Assembly (NCBI GenBank): GCA_012295275.1
Contig: CM022670.1
Span: 21,266,001-21,330,000, forward strand
Reading direction: 5' to 3'
Length of the DNA: 64,000 bases
From: Chrysomallon squamiferum
Taxonomy: Eukaryota > Animalia > Mollusca
Part shown: positions 25,401 to 40,400 of the stretch, piece after piece
Numbering within the stretch: position 1 is the stretch's first letter
How the letters are laid out: each line of letters opens with the position of its first letter
Notes under the pieces: generated by a model
The model's database searches: none
What the model was told of the DNA's origin: nothing
Seen by the model: the letters and a program-made list of their open reading frames with translations, nothing else
Translations under genes and position numbers: made by a program

Positions 25401-28400
25401 ATAAAATGCGTCGAATAGAATATATATGTATATATATATATATATTTTATCGTATTATTAATATTTGTTTTAATTAAATGATATTAATAATGTTCAAACA
25501 ATTTTTTATTTTTTTTTATTAGAAAATGTTGGATGTTAGGTAAATGTGGATTATTATAATCATTACTTGAAGAAACGGTCTTTGATATGAAAATAAGGGA
25601 ACAAACGGGATCAAGATATGGGTAACAAACCATGAAGCGATGCCTGGACACTTCTGTATATATTAAAAAATAATACATATATATATATTTATACAGACGC
25701 TGAACGATTTGCCACTCTATTTCGACACACTACTGAAATTATAATACACTGTTGACTATTTTTATTCAAAAATTGCGTCTATACCAAGAATCGATAAGCA
25801 ACCTTTTCATCGTCTTATTTAAGAAAGAAAAAAACATTTGGATTCTATCCGTGGTGTCAAACTGTAAGCCCCGTGACTTTGACTTTGCAAAACAGCGCCC
25901 ATCCTTTCTTTTAATTACAGAGTGAAATTCTTCAGGTTGGTTTTAAATGGTGGAAAACAGCAGACCTCCTGGTACCATCTTCACAGTTCGGATCACGGCA
26001 GCCACATCGAATACTGTTTCCCGCCATTTTATTACGTGTTTTTTTTTTTCTATTTCTGAAACGAAGATTTTCCAGTAGTCGACCAAACAAATAACAATTT
26101 TTTACACAAACCGTTGAGCAATGACATCAAACTGAATTTTACTATCGTAGATGAAACCTTAATTTATTCCAAAGTAAACTGTTATATTCTCTAAAATGTT
26201 ACCGAGTTTGCTAATATCTATCTACATATATGTCTTAGTAAAAATTTGTTTTTATACAGACCCGAATATAAATATTTTTATAATAACTTAGAATATTCCC
26301 CAAATTAGTCTTTTTCGTTGCATTCATTGTATTTTGTTGCAAATAAAAGAAATTAATGTTCATCGCATTAGTGTAATAATATCAGGCATAACACAACTAT
26401 CGCTGATTTCATAATTTTAATCAATTAATTGATTAAAAAAATAAATAAAAGTATTTATTAAAGTTGGTATTTTTATTAATCTTATACAGTGAATTCTTGA
26501 TAGCAGAAGAATGAACTACCACAGAGTTTTACAAATAAGAATGAAAATATATATCAACGAACTGGCATTCAAAAAATAATGATGTGATCAGTATTAGATT
26601 AGAAATGATTGACTGTCGTTTCAAACACCAAAAATTTAGGATCACCGTAGATTAAGACCGATATAAGGTCTGATATTTTTGTTAAACTGCGTACTTAGAT
26701 TCTCATCTACGTTGTTTACACATATATTTGCAATGGAAAGACTTGGAACGCCTCCCACTGAGTATTAGGATAAAATATTCCCTGCTGTGTTTATATTCAT
26801 TTCTTTTTTGTAAACAACAACAATATGACTTTTAATAGATATACATTTGTTTTAGAGGTCTTAAAATTCCTCTAAAAATAGATCATACATATAGCTATTT
26901 GCTCGATGCATAATACATACATATAGATATATACTTGCATATATACATAATCACACATACACACACACACACTCAGCATACACACATACACATACAAATT
27001 TATCTGCATTCGTATACATACATACAAAAATAATTATATACATGAAGACACACACGTACTATCATGGAAATGTTGCATTCATAAATTCTTTTCTGTTTTC
27101 TTTTTCTCTGTATCTCTAGCAGACCTTATAAATATTATTATTAAAATTGTAATATTACAGTTATATATTCGTTTCTGTTATCTTTCTCGTCTTTAAACAG
27201 AAACAGAAAATAAAAAGCGTCGAATAGAATATATATGTATATATATATATATTTTATCGTATTATTAATATTTGTTTTTATTAAATGATATTAATAATGT
27301 TCAAACAGTTTTTTATTTCTTTTATTAGAAAATGTTGGATGTTAGGTAAATGTGGATTATTATAATCATTACTTGAAGAAACGGTCTTTGATATGAAAAT
27401 AAGGGAACAAACGGGATCAAGATATGGGTAACAAACCATGAAGCGATGCCTGGACACTTCTGTATATATTAGAAAATAATACATATATATATATATATTT
27501 ATACAGACGCTGCACGATTTGCCACTCTCTTTCGACACACTACTGAAATTATAATACGCTGTTAACTATTTTTATTCAAAAATTGTCTCTATACTAAGAA
27601 TCGATAAGCAACCTTTTTAACGTCTTATTTAAAAAAGACAAAAACATTTGGATTCGATCCGTGGTGTCAAACTGTAAGCCCCGTGACTTTGACTTTGCAA
27701 AACAGCGCCCATCCTTTCTTTTAATTACAGAGTGAAATTCTTCAGGTTGGTTTTAAAGAATGGATAAAAGCAGACCTCCTTGTACCATCTTCACAGTTTG
27801 GATCAAGGCAGGCACATCGAATTTTAGGTTTCTGAAAAGCTGTTGAATATTTGTAATATATTATATCCATACGTCCTTTATACAGTTACAGTATTTCATA
27901 ATTTTGTTACATACCTAAACAATGAAGCATACATATGTATATATGTTTTACCAATATTTAGTACTTAGTAACTCGTTTTTAATTTCTCTCTTTCTTTCTC
28001 TCTGTATCACACTGTTTCCCGCCATTTTATTACTTTTTTTTTCCATTTCTCAGACGAAGATTTTCCAGTAGTCGACCAAACAAATAACAATTTTTACACA
28101 AACCGTTGAGCAATGACGTCAAACTGAATTTTACTATCGTAGATGAAACCTTAATTAATTCCAAAGTAAACTGTTTCTAATATTCTCTAAAATGTTACCG
28201 AGTTTGCTAATATCTATCTACATATATGTCTTAGTAAAAATTTGTTTTTATACAGACCCGAATATAAATATTTTTATAATAACTTAGAATATTCCCCAAA
28301 TTAGTCTTTTTCGTTGCATTCATTGTATTTTCTTGCAAATAAAAGAAGTTGAAATTGTTATTTGCATTAGTGTAATAAAATCCGGTATAACACAACTATC

Positions 28401-31400
28401 GCTGATTTCATAATTGTAATTAATTAATTTATTAAAAAAAAAAAAATAAGAAGTATTTATTAAAGTTGTTATTTTTATTAATCTTATACAGTGACTTCTT
28501 GATAGCAGAAGAATGAACTACCACAGAGTTTTACAAATAAGAATGAAAATATATATCAACGAATTGGCATTCAAAAAATAATGATGTGATCAGTGTTAGA
28601 TTAGAAATGATTGACTGTCGTTTCAAACACCAAAAATTTAGGATCACCGTAGATTAAGACCGATATAAGGTCTGATATTTTTGTTAAACTGCGTACTTAG
28701 ATTCTCATCTACGTTGTTTACACATATATTTGCAATGGAAAGACTTGGAACACCTCCCACTGAATATTAGGATAAAATATTCCCTGCTGTGTTTATATTC
28801 ATTTCTCTTTTGTAAACAACAACAATATGACTTTTAATAGATATACATTTGTTTTAGAGGTCTTAAATTTCCTCTAAAAATAGATGATACATATACCTAT
28901 TTGCTCGATGCATAATACATACATATAGATATATACTTGCATATATACATAATCACACATACACACACACACACTCAGCATACACACATACACATACAAA
29001 TTTATCTCCATTCGTATACATACATACAAAAATAATTATATACATGAAAGCAGACACGTACTATCATGAATATATCGCATTCATAAATTCTTTTTTTTTT
29101 TTTTTGTCTGTATCTCTACCAGAACTAATAAATATTATTATTAAAAATTGTAATATTACAGTTATATATTCGTTTCTGTTATCTTTCTCGTCTTTAAACA
29201 GAACAATAAACTAAAAAGCGTCGAATAGAATATATATATATATATATATTATCGTATTATTAATATTCGTGTTTATTAAATGATATTAATAATGTTCAAA
29301 CAATTTATTTTTTATTTTTTTTTATTAGAAAATATTGGATGTTAGGTAAATGTGGATTATTATAATCATTACTTGAAGAAACGGTCTTTGATATGAAAAT
29401 AAGGGAACAAACGGGATCAAGATATGGGTAACAAACCATGAAGCGATGCCTGGACACTTCTGTATATATTAAAAAATAATATATATATATATATATATTT
29501 ATACAGACGCTGCACGATTTGCCACTCTCTTTCGACACACTACTGAAATTATAATACGCTGTTAACTATTTTTATTCAAAAATTGTCTGTATACTAAGAA
29601 TCGATAAGCAACCTTTTTAACGTCTTATTTAAAAAAAACAAAAACATTTGGATTGGATCCGTGGTGTCAAACTGTAAGCCCCGTGACTTTGACTTTGCAA
29701 AACAGCGCCCATCCTTTCTTTTAATTACAGAGTGAAATTCTTCAGGTTGCTTTTAAAGAATGGACAAAAGCAGACCTGCTTGTACTATCTTCACAGTTTG
29801 GATCAAGGCAGCCACATCGAATTTTAGGTTTCTGAAAAGCAGTTGAATATTAGTAATATATTATATCCATCCGTCCTTTATACAATTATAGTATTTCATA
29901 ATTTTGTTACATACCTAAACAATGAAGCATACATATGTATATGTTTTACCAATATTTAGTACTTAGTAACTCGTTTTTTAATTTCTCTCTTTCTCCTCAC
30001 TCTTTCTTTCCCTTTTTCTCTCTGTATCACACTGTTTCCCGCCATTTTATTACTTTTTTTTTCCATTTCTCAAACGAAGATTTTCCAGTAGTCGATCAAA
30101 CAAATAACAATTTTTACACAAACCGTTGAGGAATGACGTCAAACTGAATTTTACTATCGTAGATGAAACCTTAATTAATTCCAAAGTAAACTGTTTCTAA
30201 TATTCTCTAAAATGTTACCGAGTTTGCTAATATCTATCTACATATATGTCTTAGTAAAAATTTGTTTTTTATACAGACCCGAATATAAATATGTTTATAA
30301 TAACTTAGAATATTCCCCAAATTAGTCTTTTTCGTTGCAGTCATTGTATTTTGTTGCAAATAAAAGAAATTAATGTTCATCGCATTAGTGTAATAATATC
30401 CGGTATAACACAACTATCGCTGATTTCATAATTTTAATCAATTAATTTATTAAAAAAAAAAAATAAAAAAGAAAGTATTTATTAAAGTTGGTATTTTTAT
30501 TAATCTTATACAGTGAATTCTTGATAGCAGAAGAATGAACTACCACAGAGTTTTACAAATAAGAATGAAAATATATATCAACGAATTGGCATTGAGAACA
30601 ATTGTGTGATCAGTATCAGATTAGAAATGATTGACTGTCGTTTCAAACACCACAAATTTAGGAACTGCGTAGATTAAGACCGATATAAGGTCTGATATTT
30701 TTGTTAAACTGCGTACTTAGATTCTCATCTACGTTGTTTACACATATATTTGCAATGGAAAGACTTGGAACGCCTCCCACTGAGTATTAGGATAAAATAT
30801 TCCCTGCTGTGTTTATATTAATTTCTTTTTTGTAAAAAATAACAATATGAATTTTAATAGATATACATTTGTTTTTGAGGTCTTAAATTTTCTCTAAAAA
30901 TAGATCATACATATACCTATTTGCTCGATGCATAATACATACATATAGATATATTCTTGCATACACACAAAATAAGACACACACACACACTCAGCATACA
31001 AAACATACACATACAAATTTTTCTGCATTCGTATACATACATACAAAAATAATTATATACATGAAGGCACACACTTACTATCATGGAAATGTTGCATTCA
31101 TAAATTCTTTTTTTTTTCTATTTGTCTGTATCTCTAGCAGACCTTATAAATATTATTATTAAAAATTGTAATATTACAGTTATATATTCGTTTCTGTTAT
31201 CTTTCTCGTCTTTAAACAGAAACAGAAAATAAAATGCGTCGAATAGAATATATATGTATATATATATATATTTTATCGTATTATTAATATTTGTTTTTAT
31301 TAAATGATATTAATAATGTTCAAACAATTTTTTATTTTTTTTTTATTAAAAATGTTGGATGTTAGGTAAATGTGGATTATTATAATCATTACTTGAAGAA

Positions 31401-34400
31401 ACGGTCTTTGATATGAAAAATAAGGGAACAAACGGGATCAAGATATGGGTAACAAACCATGAAGCGATGCCTGGACACTTCTGTATATATTAAAAAAAAT
31501 AATACATATATATATATTTATACAGACGCTGAACGATTTGCCACTCTATTTCGACACACTACTGAAATTATAATACACTGTTGACTATTTTTATTCAAAA
31601 ATTGCGTCTATACCAAGAATCGATAAGCAACCTTTTCATCGTCTTATTTAAGAAAAAAAACAACATTTGGATTCTATCCGTGGTGTCAAACGGTAAGCCC
31701 CGTGACTTTGACTTTGCAAAACAGCGCCCATCCTTTCTTTTAATTACAGAGTGAAATTCTTCAGGTTGGTTTTAAATGGTGGAAAACAGCAGACCTCCTG
31801 GTACCATCTTCACAGTTCGGATCACGGCAGCCACATCGAATACTGTTTCCCGCCATTTTATTACGTGTTTTTTTTCTATTTCTGAAACGAAGATTTTCCA
31901 GTAGTCGACCAAACAAATAACAATTTTTACACAAACCGTTGAGCAATGACATCAAACTGAATTTTACTATCGTAGATGAAACCTTAATTTATTCCAAAGT
32001 AAACTGTTATATTCTCTAAAATGTTACCGAGTTTGCTAATATCTATCTACATATATGTCTTAGTAAAAATTTGTTTTTATACAGACCCGAATATAAATAT
32101 TTTTATAATAACTTAGAATATTCCCCAAATTAGTCTTTTTCGTTGCATTCATTGTATTTTGTTGCAAATAAAAGAAATTAATGTTCATCGCATTAGTGTA
32201 ATAATATCAGGCATAACACAACTATCGCTGATTTCATAATTTTAATCAATTAATTGATTAAAAAAATAAATAAAAGTATTTATTAAAGTTGGTATTTTTA
32301 TTAATCTTATACAGTGAATTCTTGATAGCAGAAGAATGAACTACCACAGAGTTTTACAAATAAGAATGAAAATATATATCAACGAACTGGCATTCAAAAA
32401 ATAATGATGTGATCAGTATTAGATTAGAAATGATTGACTGTCGTTTCAAACACCAAAAATTTAGGATCAACGTAGATTAAGACCGATATAAGGTCTGATA
32501 TTTTTGTTAAATTGCGTACTTAGATTCTCATCTACGTTGTTTACACATATATTTGCAATGGAAAGACTTGGAACGCCTCCCACTGAGTATTAGGATAAAA
32601 TATTCCCTGCTGTGTTTATATTCATTTCTTTTTTGTAAACAACAACAATATGACTTTTAATAGATATACATTTGTTTTAGAGGTCTTAAAATTCCTCTAA
32701 AAATAGATCATACATATAGCTATTTGCTCGATGCATAATACATACATATAGATATATACTTGCATATATACATAATCACACATACACACACACACACTCA
32801 GCATACACACATACACATACAAATTTATCTGCATTCGTATACATACATACAAAATAATTATATACATGAAGACACACACGTACTATCATGGAAATGTTGC
32901 ATTCATAAATTCTTTTCTGTTTTCTTTTTCTCTGTATCTCTAGCAGACCTTATAAATATTATTATTAAAATTGTAATATTACAGTTATATATTCGTTTCT
33001 GTTATCTTTCTCGTCTTTAAACAGAAACAGAAAATAAAAAGCGTCGAATAGAATATATATGTATATATATATATATTTTATCGTATTATTAATATTTGTT
33101 TTTATTAAATGATATTAATAATGTTCAAACAGTTTTTTATTTCTTTTATTAGAAAATGTTGGATGTTAGGTAAATGTGGATTATTATAATCATTACTTGA
33201 AGAAACGGTCTTTGATATGAAAATAAGGGAACAAACGGGATCAAGATATGGGTAACAAACCATGAAGCGATGCCTGGACACTTCTGTATATATTAGAAAA
33301 TAATACATATATATATATATATATTTATACAGACGCTGCACGATTTGCCACTCTCTTTCGACACACTACTGAAATTATAATACGCTGTTAACTATTTTTA
33401 TTCAAAAATTGTCTCTATACTAAGAATCGATAAGCAACCTTTTTAACGTCTTATTTAAAAAAGACAAAAACATTTGGATTCGATCCGTGGTGTCAAACTG
33501 TAAGCCCCGTGACTTTGACTTTGCAAAACAGCGCCCATCCTTTCTTTTAATTACAGAGTGAAATTCTTCAGGTTGGTTTTAAAGAATGGATAAAAGCAGA
33601 CCTCCTTGTACCATCTTCACAGTTTGGATCAAGGCAGGCACATCGAATTTTAGGTTTCTGAAAAGCTGTTGAATATTTGTAATATATTATATCCATACGT
33701 CCTTTATACAGTTACAGTATTTCATAATTTTGTTACATACCTAAACAATGAAGCATACATATGTATATATGTTTTACCAATATTTAGTACTTAGTAACTC
33801 GTTTTTTAATTTCTCTCTTTCTTTCTCTCTGTATCACACTGTTTCCCGCCATTTTATTACTTTTTTTTTCCATTTCTCAGACGAAGATTTTCCAGTAGTC
33901 GACCAAACAAATAACAATTTTTACACAAACCGTTGAGCAATGACGTCAAACTGAATTTTACTATCGTAGATGAAACCTTAATTAATTCCAAAGTAAACTG
34001 TTTCTAATATTCTCTAAAATGTTACCGAGTTTGCTAATATCTATCTACATATATGTCTTAGTAAAAATTTGTTTTTATACAGACCCGAATATAAATATTT
34101 TTATAATAACTTAGAATATTCCCCAAATTAGTCTTTTTCGTTGCATTCATTGTATTTTCTTGCAAACAAAAGAAGTTGAAATTGTTAATTGCATTAGTGT
34201 AATAAAATCCGGTATAACACAACTATCGCTGATTTCATAATTTTAATTAATTAATTTATTAAAAAAAAAAATAATAAGAAGTATTTATTAAAGTTGTTTT
34301 TATTAATCTTATACAGTGAATTCTTGATAGCAGAAGAATGAACTACCACAAAGTTTTACAAATAAGAATGAAAATATATATCAACGAATAGGCATTGAGA

Positions 34401-37400
34401 AAAATGGTGTGATCAGTATCAGATTAGAAATGATTGACTGTCGTTTCAAACACCAAAAATTTAGGATCAGCGTAGAGTAAGACCGATATAAGGTCTGTTA
34501 TTTTTGTTAAACTGCGTACTTAGATTCTCATCTACGTTGTTTACACATATATTTGCAATGGATGTACTTGGATCGCTTTCCCACTGAGTATTAGGATAAA
34601 ATATTCCCTGCTGTGTTTATATTAATTTCTTTTTTGTAAACAATAACAATATGACTTTTAATAGATATACATTTGTTTTTGAGGTCTTAAATTTTCTCTA
34701 AAAATAGATCATACATATAGCTATTTGCTCGATGCATAATACATACATATAGATATATTCTTGCATACACACAAAATAAGACACACACACACACACTCAG
34801 CATACAAACATACACATACAAATTTTTCTGCATTCGTATACATACATACAAAAATAATTATATACATGAAGGCACACACTTACTATCATGGAAATGTTGC
34901 ATTCATAAATTTTTTTTTTTTTCTATTTGTCTGTATCTCTAGCAGACCTTATAAATATTATTATTAAAAATTGTAATATTACAGTTATATATTCGTTTCT
35001 GTTATCTTTCTCGTCTTTAAACAGAAACAGAAAATAAAAAGCGTCGAATAGAATATATATATATATATATATATATATTTTATCGTATTATTAATATTTG
35101 TTTTAATTAAATGATATTAATAATGTTCAAACAATTTTTTATTTTTTTTATTAGAAAATGTTGGATGTTAGGTAAATGTGGATTATTATAATCATTACTT
35201 GAAGAAACGGTCTTTGATATGAAAATAAGGGAACAAACGGGATCAAGATATGGGTAACAAACCATGAAACGATGCCTGGACACTTCTGTATATATTAAAA
35301 AATAATATATATATATATATATATATTTATACAGACGCTGCACGATTTGCCACTCTCTTTCGACACACTACTGAAATTATAATACGCTGTTAACTATTTT
35401 TATTCAAAAATTGTCTCTATACTAAGAATCGATAAGCAACCTTTTTAACGTCTTATTTAAAAAAACAAAAAAATATTTGGATTCGATCCGTGGTTTCAAA
35501 CTGTAAGCCCCGTGACTTTGACTTTGCAAAACAGCGCCCATCCTTTCTTTTAATTACAGAGTGAAATTCTTCAGGTTGGTTTTAAAGAATGGATAAAAGC
35601 AGACCTCCTTGTACCATCTTCACAGTTTGGATCAAGGCAGGCACATCGAATTTTAGGTTTCTGAAAAGCTGTTGAATATTTGTAATATATTATATCCATA
35701 CGTCCTTTATACAGTTACAGTATTTCATAATTTTGTTACATACCTAAACAATGAAGCATACATATGTGTATATGTTTTACCAATATTTAGTACTTAGTAA
35801 CTCGTTTTTTAATTTCTCTCTTTCTCCTCACTCTTTCTTTCTCTTTTTCTCTCTGTATCACACTGTTTCCCGCCATTTTATTACTTTTTTTTTCCATTTC
35901 TCAGACGAAGATTTTCCAGTAGTCGACCAAACAAATAACAATTTTTACACAAACCGTTGAGCAATGACGTCAAACTGAATTTTACTATCGTAGATGAAAC
36001 CTTAATTTATTCTCAAAGTAAACTGTTTGTCATATTCTCTAAAATGTTACCGAGTTTGCTAATATCTATCTACATATATGTCTTAGTAAAAATTTGTTTT
36101 TATACAGACCCGAATATAAATATTTTTATAATAACTTAGAATATTCCCCAAATTAGTCTTTTTCGTTGCATTCATTGTATTTTCTTGCAAATAAAAGAAA
36201 TTGAAATTGTTAATTGCATTAGTGTAATAAAATCCGGTATAACACAACTATCGCTGATTTCATAAATTTAATCAATTATTTTATTAAATAAAAAGAAGAA
36301 GTATTTATTAAAGTTGGTATTTTTATTAATCTTATACAGTGAATTCTTGATAGCAGAAGAATGAACTACCACAGAGTTTTACAAATAAGAATGAAAATAT
36401 ATATCAACGAATTGGCATTGAAAACAATTGTGTGATCAGTATCAGATTAGAAATGATTGACTGTCGTTTCAAACACCAAAAATTTAGGAACTGCGTAGAT
36501 TAAGACCGATATAAGGTCTGATATTTTTGTTAAACTGCGTACTTAGATTCTCATCTACGTTGTTTACACATATATTTGCAATGGAAAGACTTGGAACGCC
36601 TCCCACTGAGTATTAGGATAAAATATTCCCTGCTGTGTTTATATTAATTTCTTTTTTGTAAAAAATAACAATATGACTTTTAATAGATATACGTTTGTTT
36701 TTGAGGTCTTAAATTTTCTCTAAAAATAGATCATACATATACCTATTTGCTCGATGCATAATACATACATATAGATATATACTTGCATACACTCATAATC
36801 ACACACACAATCACAAACACACACTCAGCATACACACATACACATACAAATGCATCTGCATTCGTATACATACGTACGTAAATAATTATATACATGAAGG
36901 CACACACGTACTATCATCAATATGTTGCATTCATAAATCTTTTTTTTTTTTTCTGTTTGTCTATATCTCCAGCAGACCTTATAAATATTATTAAAAATTG
37001 TAATATTACAGTTAAATATTCGTTTCTGTTATCTTTCTCGTCTTTAAACAGAAACATAAAATAAAACTTTTAGGACAGTGAATCGTACACAACGTGTCCT
37101 TTAAAATCATATTTTGTATTCCATGGACTCCGTCACCATGCACTTTATTATATCCATCTCTTTCTGTCTTTTTGTCTATTACTCTCTTCAAAAATATATA
37201 TATAATCTTTACCTCTCTCTTTATTTTTATATCTACAACTATATATATATATATATATATATATATGATATAAATTTGATATTGATGTCTTAACTTTTGA
37301 TGTAGATATAATGATACAGATTTTGGTTTCTTGTAGTTTCATTATTGGTAATGTTAGTTATATTCATTTAACTATCTTTTCAATATATATATATATCATT

Positions 37401-37444
37401 GCATCTACATCAAAAGTTAAGACCTGAATATGAAATTTATATCT

Positions 37445-37487
<43 letters not shown>

Positions 37488-40400
37488 GTAGATAGATAAA
37501 TAAAGAGAGAGGTAACGATTATATATATTGAAAAGCTAGTTAACTGAAGATAACTCATATTACCAATAATGAGACTACAAGAAACCAAAAATCTGTATCA
37601 TTGAATCTACATCAAAAGTATTTATTTCGAAAACAGTATTTTGTTCCTTCCCCCTGCGCATCACTCACTCAGATTCAAATGAAAGTAAAAAAAAAAAAAA
37701 AAAAAAAACCTGGACAGGGTCTCGCGTACGCAATGGCTTCTAAGGAATTCTTTTCTGTCTTAATATTTGCAGCAAGAGATATTTTCTGTGGACAGAGCAT
37801 CGCATACCACAGTCTTCGATCTTGCACAGTCCTCTATAATTTTTATTAAATCATTTAAAGCGTCGAATAGAATATATATATATATATATATCGTATTATT
37901 AATATTTGTTTCTATTAAATGATATTAATAATGTTCAAACAATTTATTTTTTTATTTTTTATTAGAAAATGTTGGATATTACGTAAATGTTGATTATTAT
38001 AATCATTACTTGAAGAAACGGTCTTTGATATGAAAATAAGGGAACAAACGGGATCAAGATATGGGTAACAAACCATGAAGCGATGCCTGGACACTTCTGT
38101 ATATATTAAAAATAATATATATATATATATATATATATTTATACAGACGCTGAACGATTTGCCACTCTCTTTCGACACACTACTGAAATTATAATACGCT
38201 GTTAACTATTTTTATTCAAAAATTGTCTCTATACTAAGAATCGATAAGCAACCTTTTTATCGTCTTATTTAAAAAAAAACAACATTTGGATTCTATCCGT
38301 GGTGTCAAACTGTAAGCCCCGTGACTTTGACTTTGCAAAACAGCGCCCATCCTTTCTTTTAATTACAGAGTGAAATTCTTCAGGTTGGTTTTAAAGGGTG
38401 GATAAAAGCAGACCTCCTTGTACCATCTTCACAGTTTGGATCAAGGCAGCCACATCGAATACTGTTTCCCGCCATTTTATTACTTTTTTTTTCTATTTCT
38501 CAAACGAAGAATTTTCCAGTAGTCGACGAAACAAATAACAATTTTTACACAAACCGTTGAGCAATGACATCAAACTGAATTTTACTATCGTAGATGAAAC
38601 CTTAATTTATTCCAAAGTAAACTGTTATATTCTCTAAAATGTTACCGAGTTTGCTAATATCTATCTACATATATGTCTTAGTAAAAATTTGTTTTTATAC
38701 AGACCCGAATATAAATATTTTTATAATAACTTAGAATATTCCCCAAATTAGTCTTTTTCGTTGCCTTCATTGTATTTTCTTGCAAATAAAAGAAATTAAT
38801 GTTCATCGCATTAGTGTAATAATATCCGGTATAACACAACTATCGCTGATTTCATAATTTTAATCAATTAATTGATTAAAAAAATAAATAAAAGTATTTA
38901 TTAAAGTTGGTATTTTTATTAATCTTATACAGTGAATTCTTGATAGCAGAAGAATGAACTACCACAGAGTTTTACAAATAAGAATGAAAATATATATCAA
39001 CGAATAGGCATTGAGAAAAATGGTGTGATCAGTATCAGATTCGAAATGATTGACTGTCGTTTCAAACACCAAAAATTTAGGATCACCGTAGATTAAGACC
39101 GATATAAGGACTGATATTTTTGTTAAACTGCGTACTTAGATTCTCATCTACGTTGTTTACACATATATTTGTAATGGATGGACTTGGAACGCTTTCCCAC
39201 TGAGTATTAGGATAAAATATTCCCTGCTGTGTTTATATTAATTTCTTTTTTGTAAACAATAACAATATGACTTTTAATAGATATACATTTGTTTTTGAGA
39301 TCTTAAATTTTCTCTAAAAATAGATCAAATATATACTTATTTGCTTGATGCATATATATATATATATATATTTTATCGTATTATTAATATTTGTTTTTAT
39401 TAAATGATATTAATAATGTTCAAACAATTTATTATTTTTTTTATTAGAAAATGTTGGATGTTAGGTAAATGTGTATTATTATAATCATTACTTGAAGAAA
39501 CGGTCTTTGATATGAAAATAAGGGAACAAACGGGATCAAGATATGGGTAACAAACCATGAAGCGATGCCTGGACACTTCTGTATATATTAAAAAATAATA
39601 TATATACATATATATATATTTATACAGACGCTGCACGATTTGCCACTCTCTTTCGACACACTACTGAAATTATAATACGCTGTTAACTATTTTTATTCAA
39701 AAATTGTGTCTAAATTAAAAATCGATAAGCAACCTTTTTATCGTCTTATTTAAAAAAAACAAAAAATATTTGGTTTCGATCCGTGGTGTCAAACTGTAAG
39801 GCCCGTGACTTTGACTTTGCAAAACAGCGCCCATCCTTTCTTTTAATTACAGAGTGAAATTCTTCAGGTTGGTTTTAAAGGGTGGATAAAAGCAGACCTC
39901 CTTGTACCATCTGCACAGTTTGGATCAAGGCAGCCACATCGAATTTTAGGTTTCTGAAAAGCTGTTGAATATTTGTAATATATTATATCTATCCGTCCTT
40001 TATACAGTTACAGTATTTCATAATTTTGTTACATACCTAAACAATGAAGCATACATATGTATATATGTTTTACCAATATTTAGTACTTAGTAACTCGTTT
40101 TTTAATTTCTCTCTTTCTCTTCACTCTTTCTTTCTCTCTGTATCACACTGTTTCCCGCCATTTTATTACTTTTTTTTTTCCATTTCTGAAACGAAGATTT
40201 TCCAGTAGTCGATCAAACAAATAACAATTTTTACACAAACCGTTGAGCAATGACGTCAAACTGAATTTTACTATCGTAGATGAAACCTTAGTATATTCCA
40301 AAGTAAACTGTTTGTCATATTCTCTAAAATGTTACCGAGTTTGCTAATATCTATCTACATATATGTCTTAGTAAAAATTTGTTTTTATACAGACCCGAAT

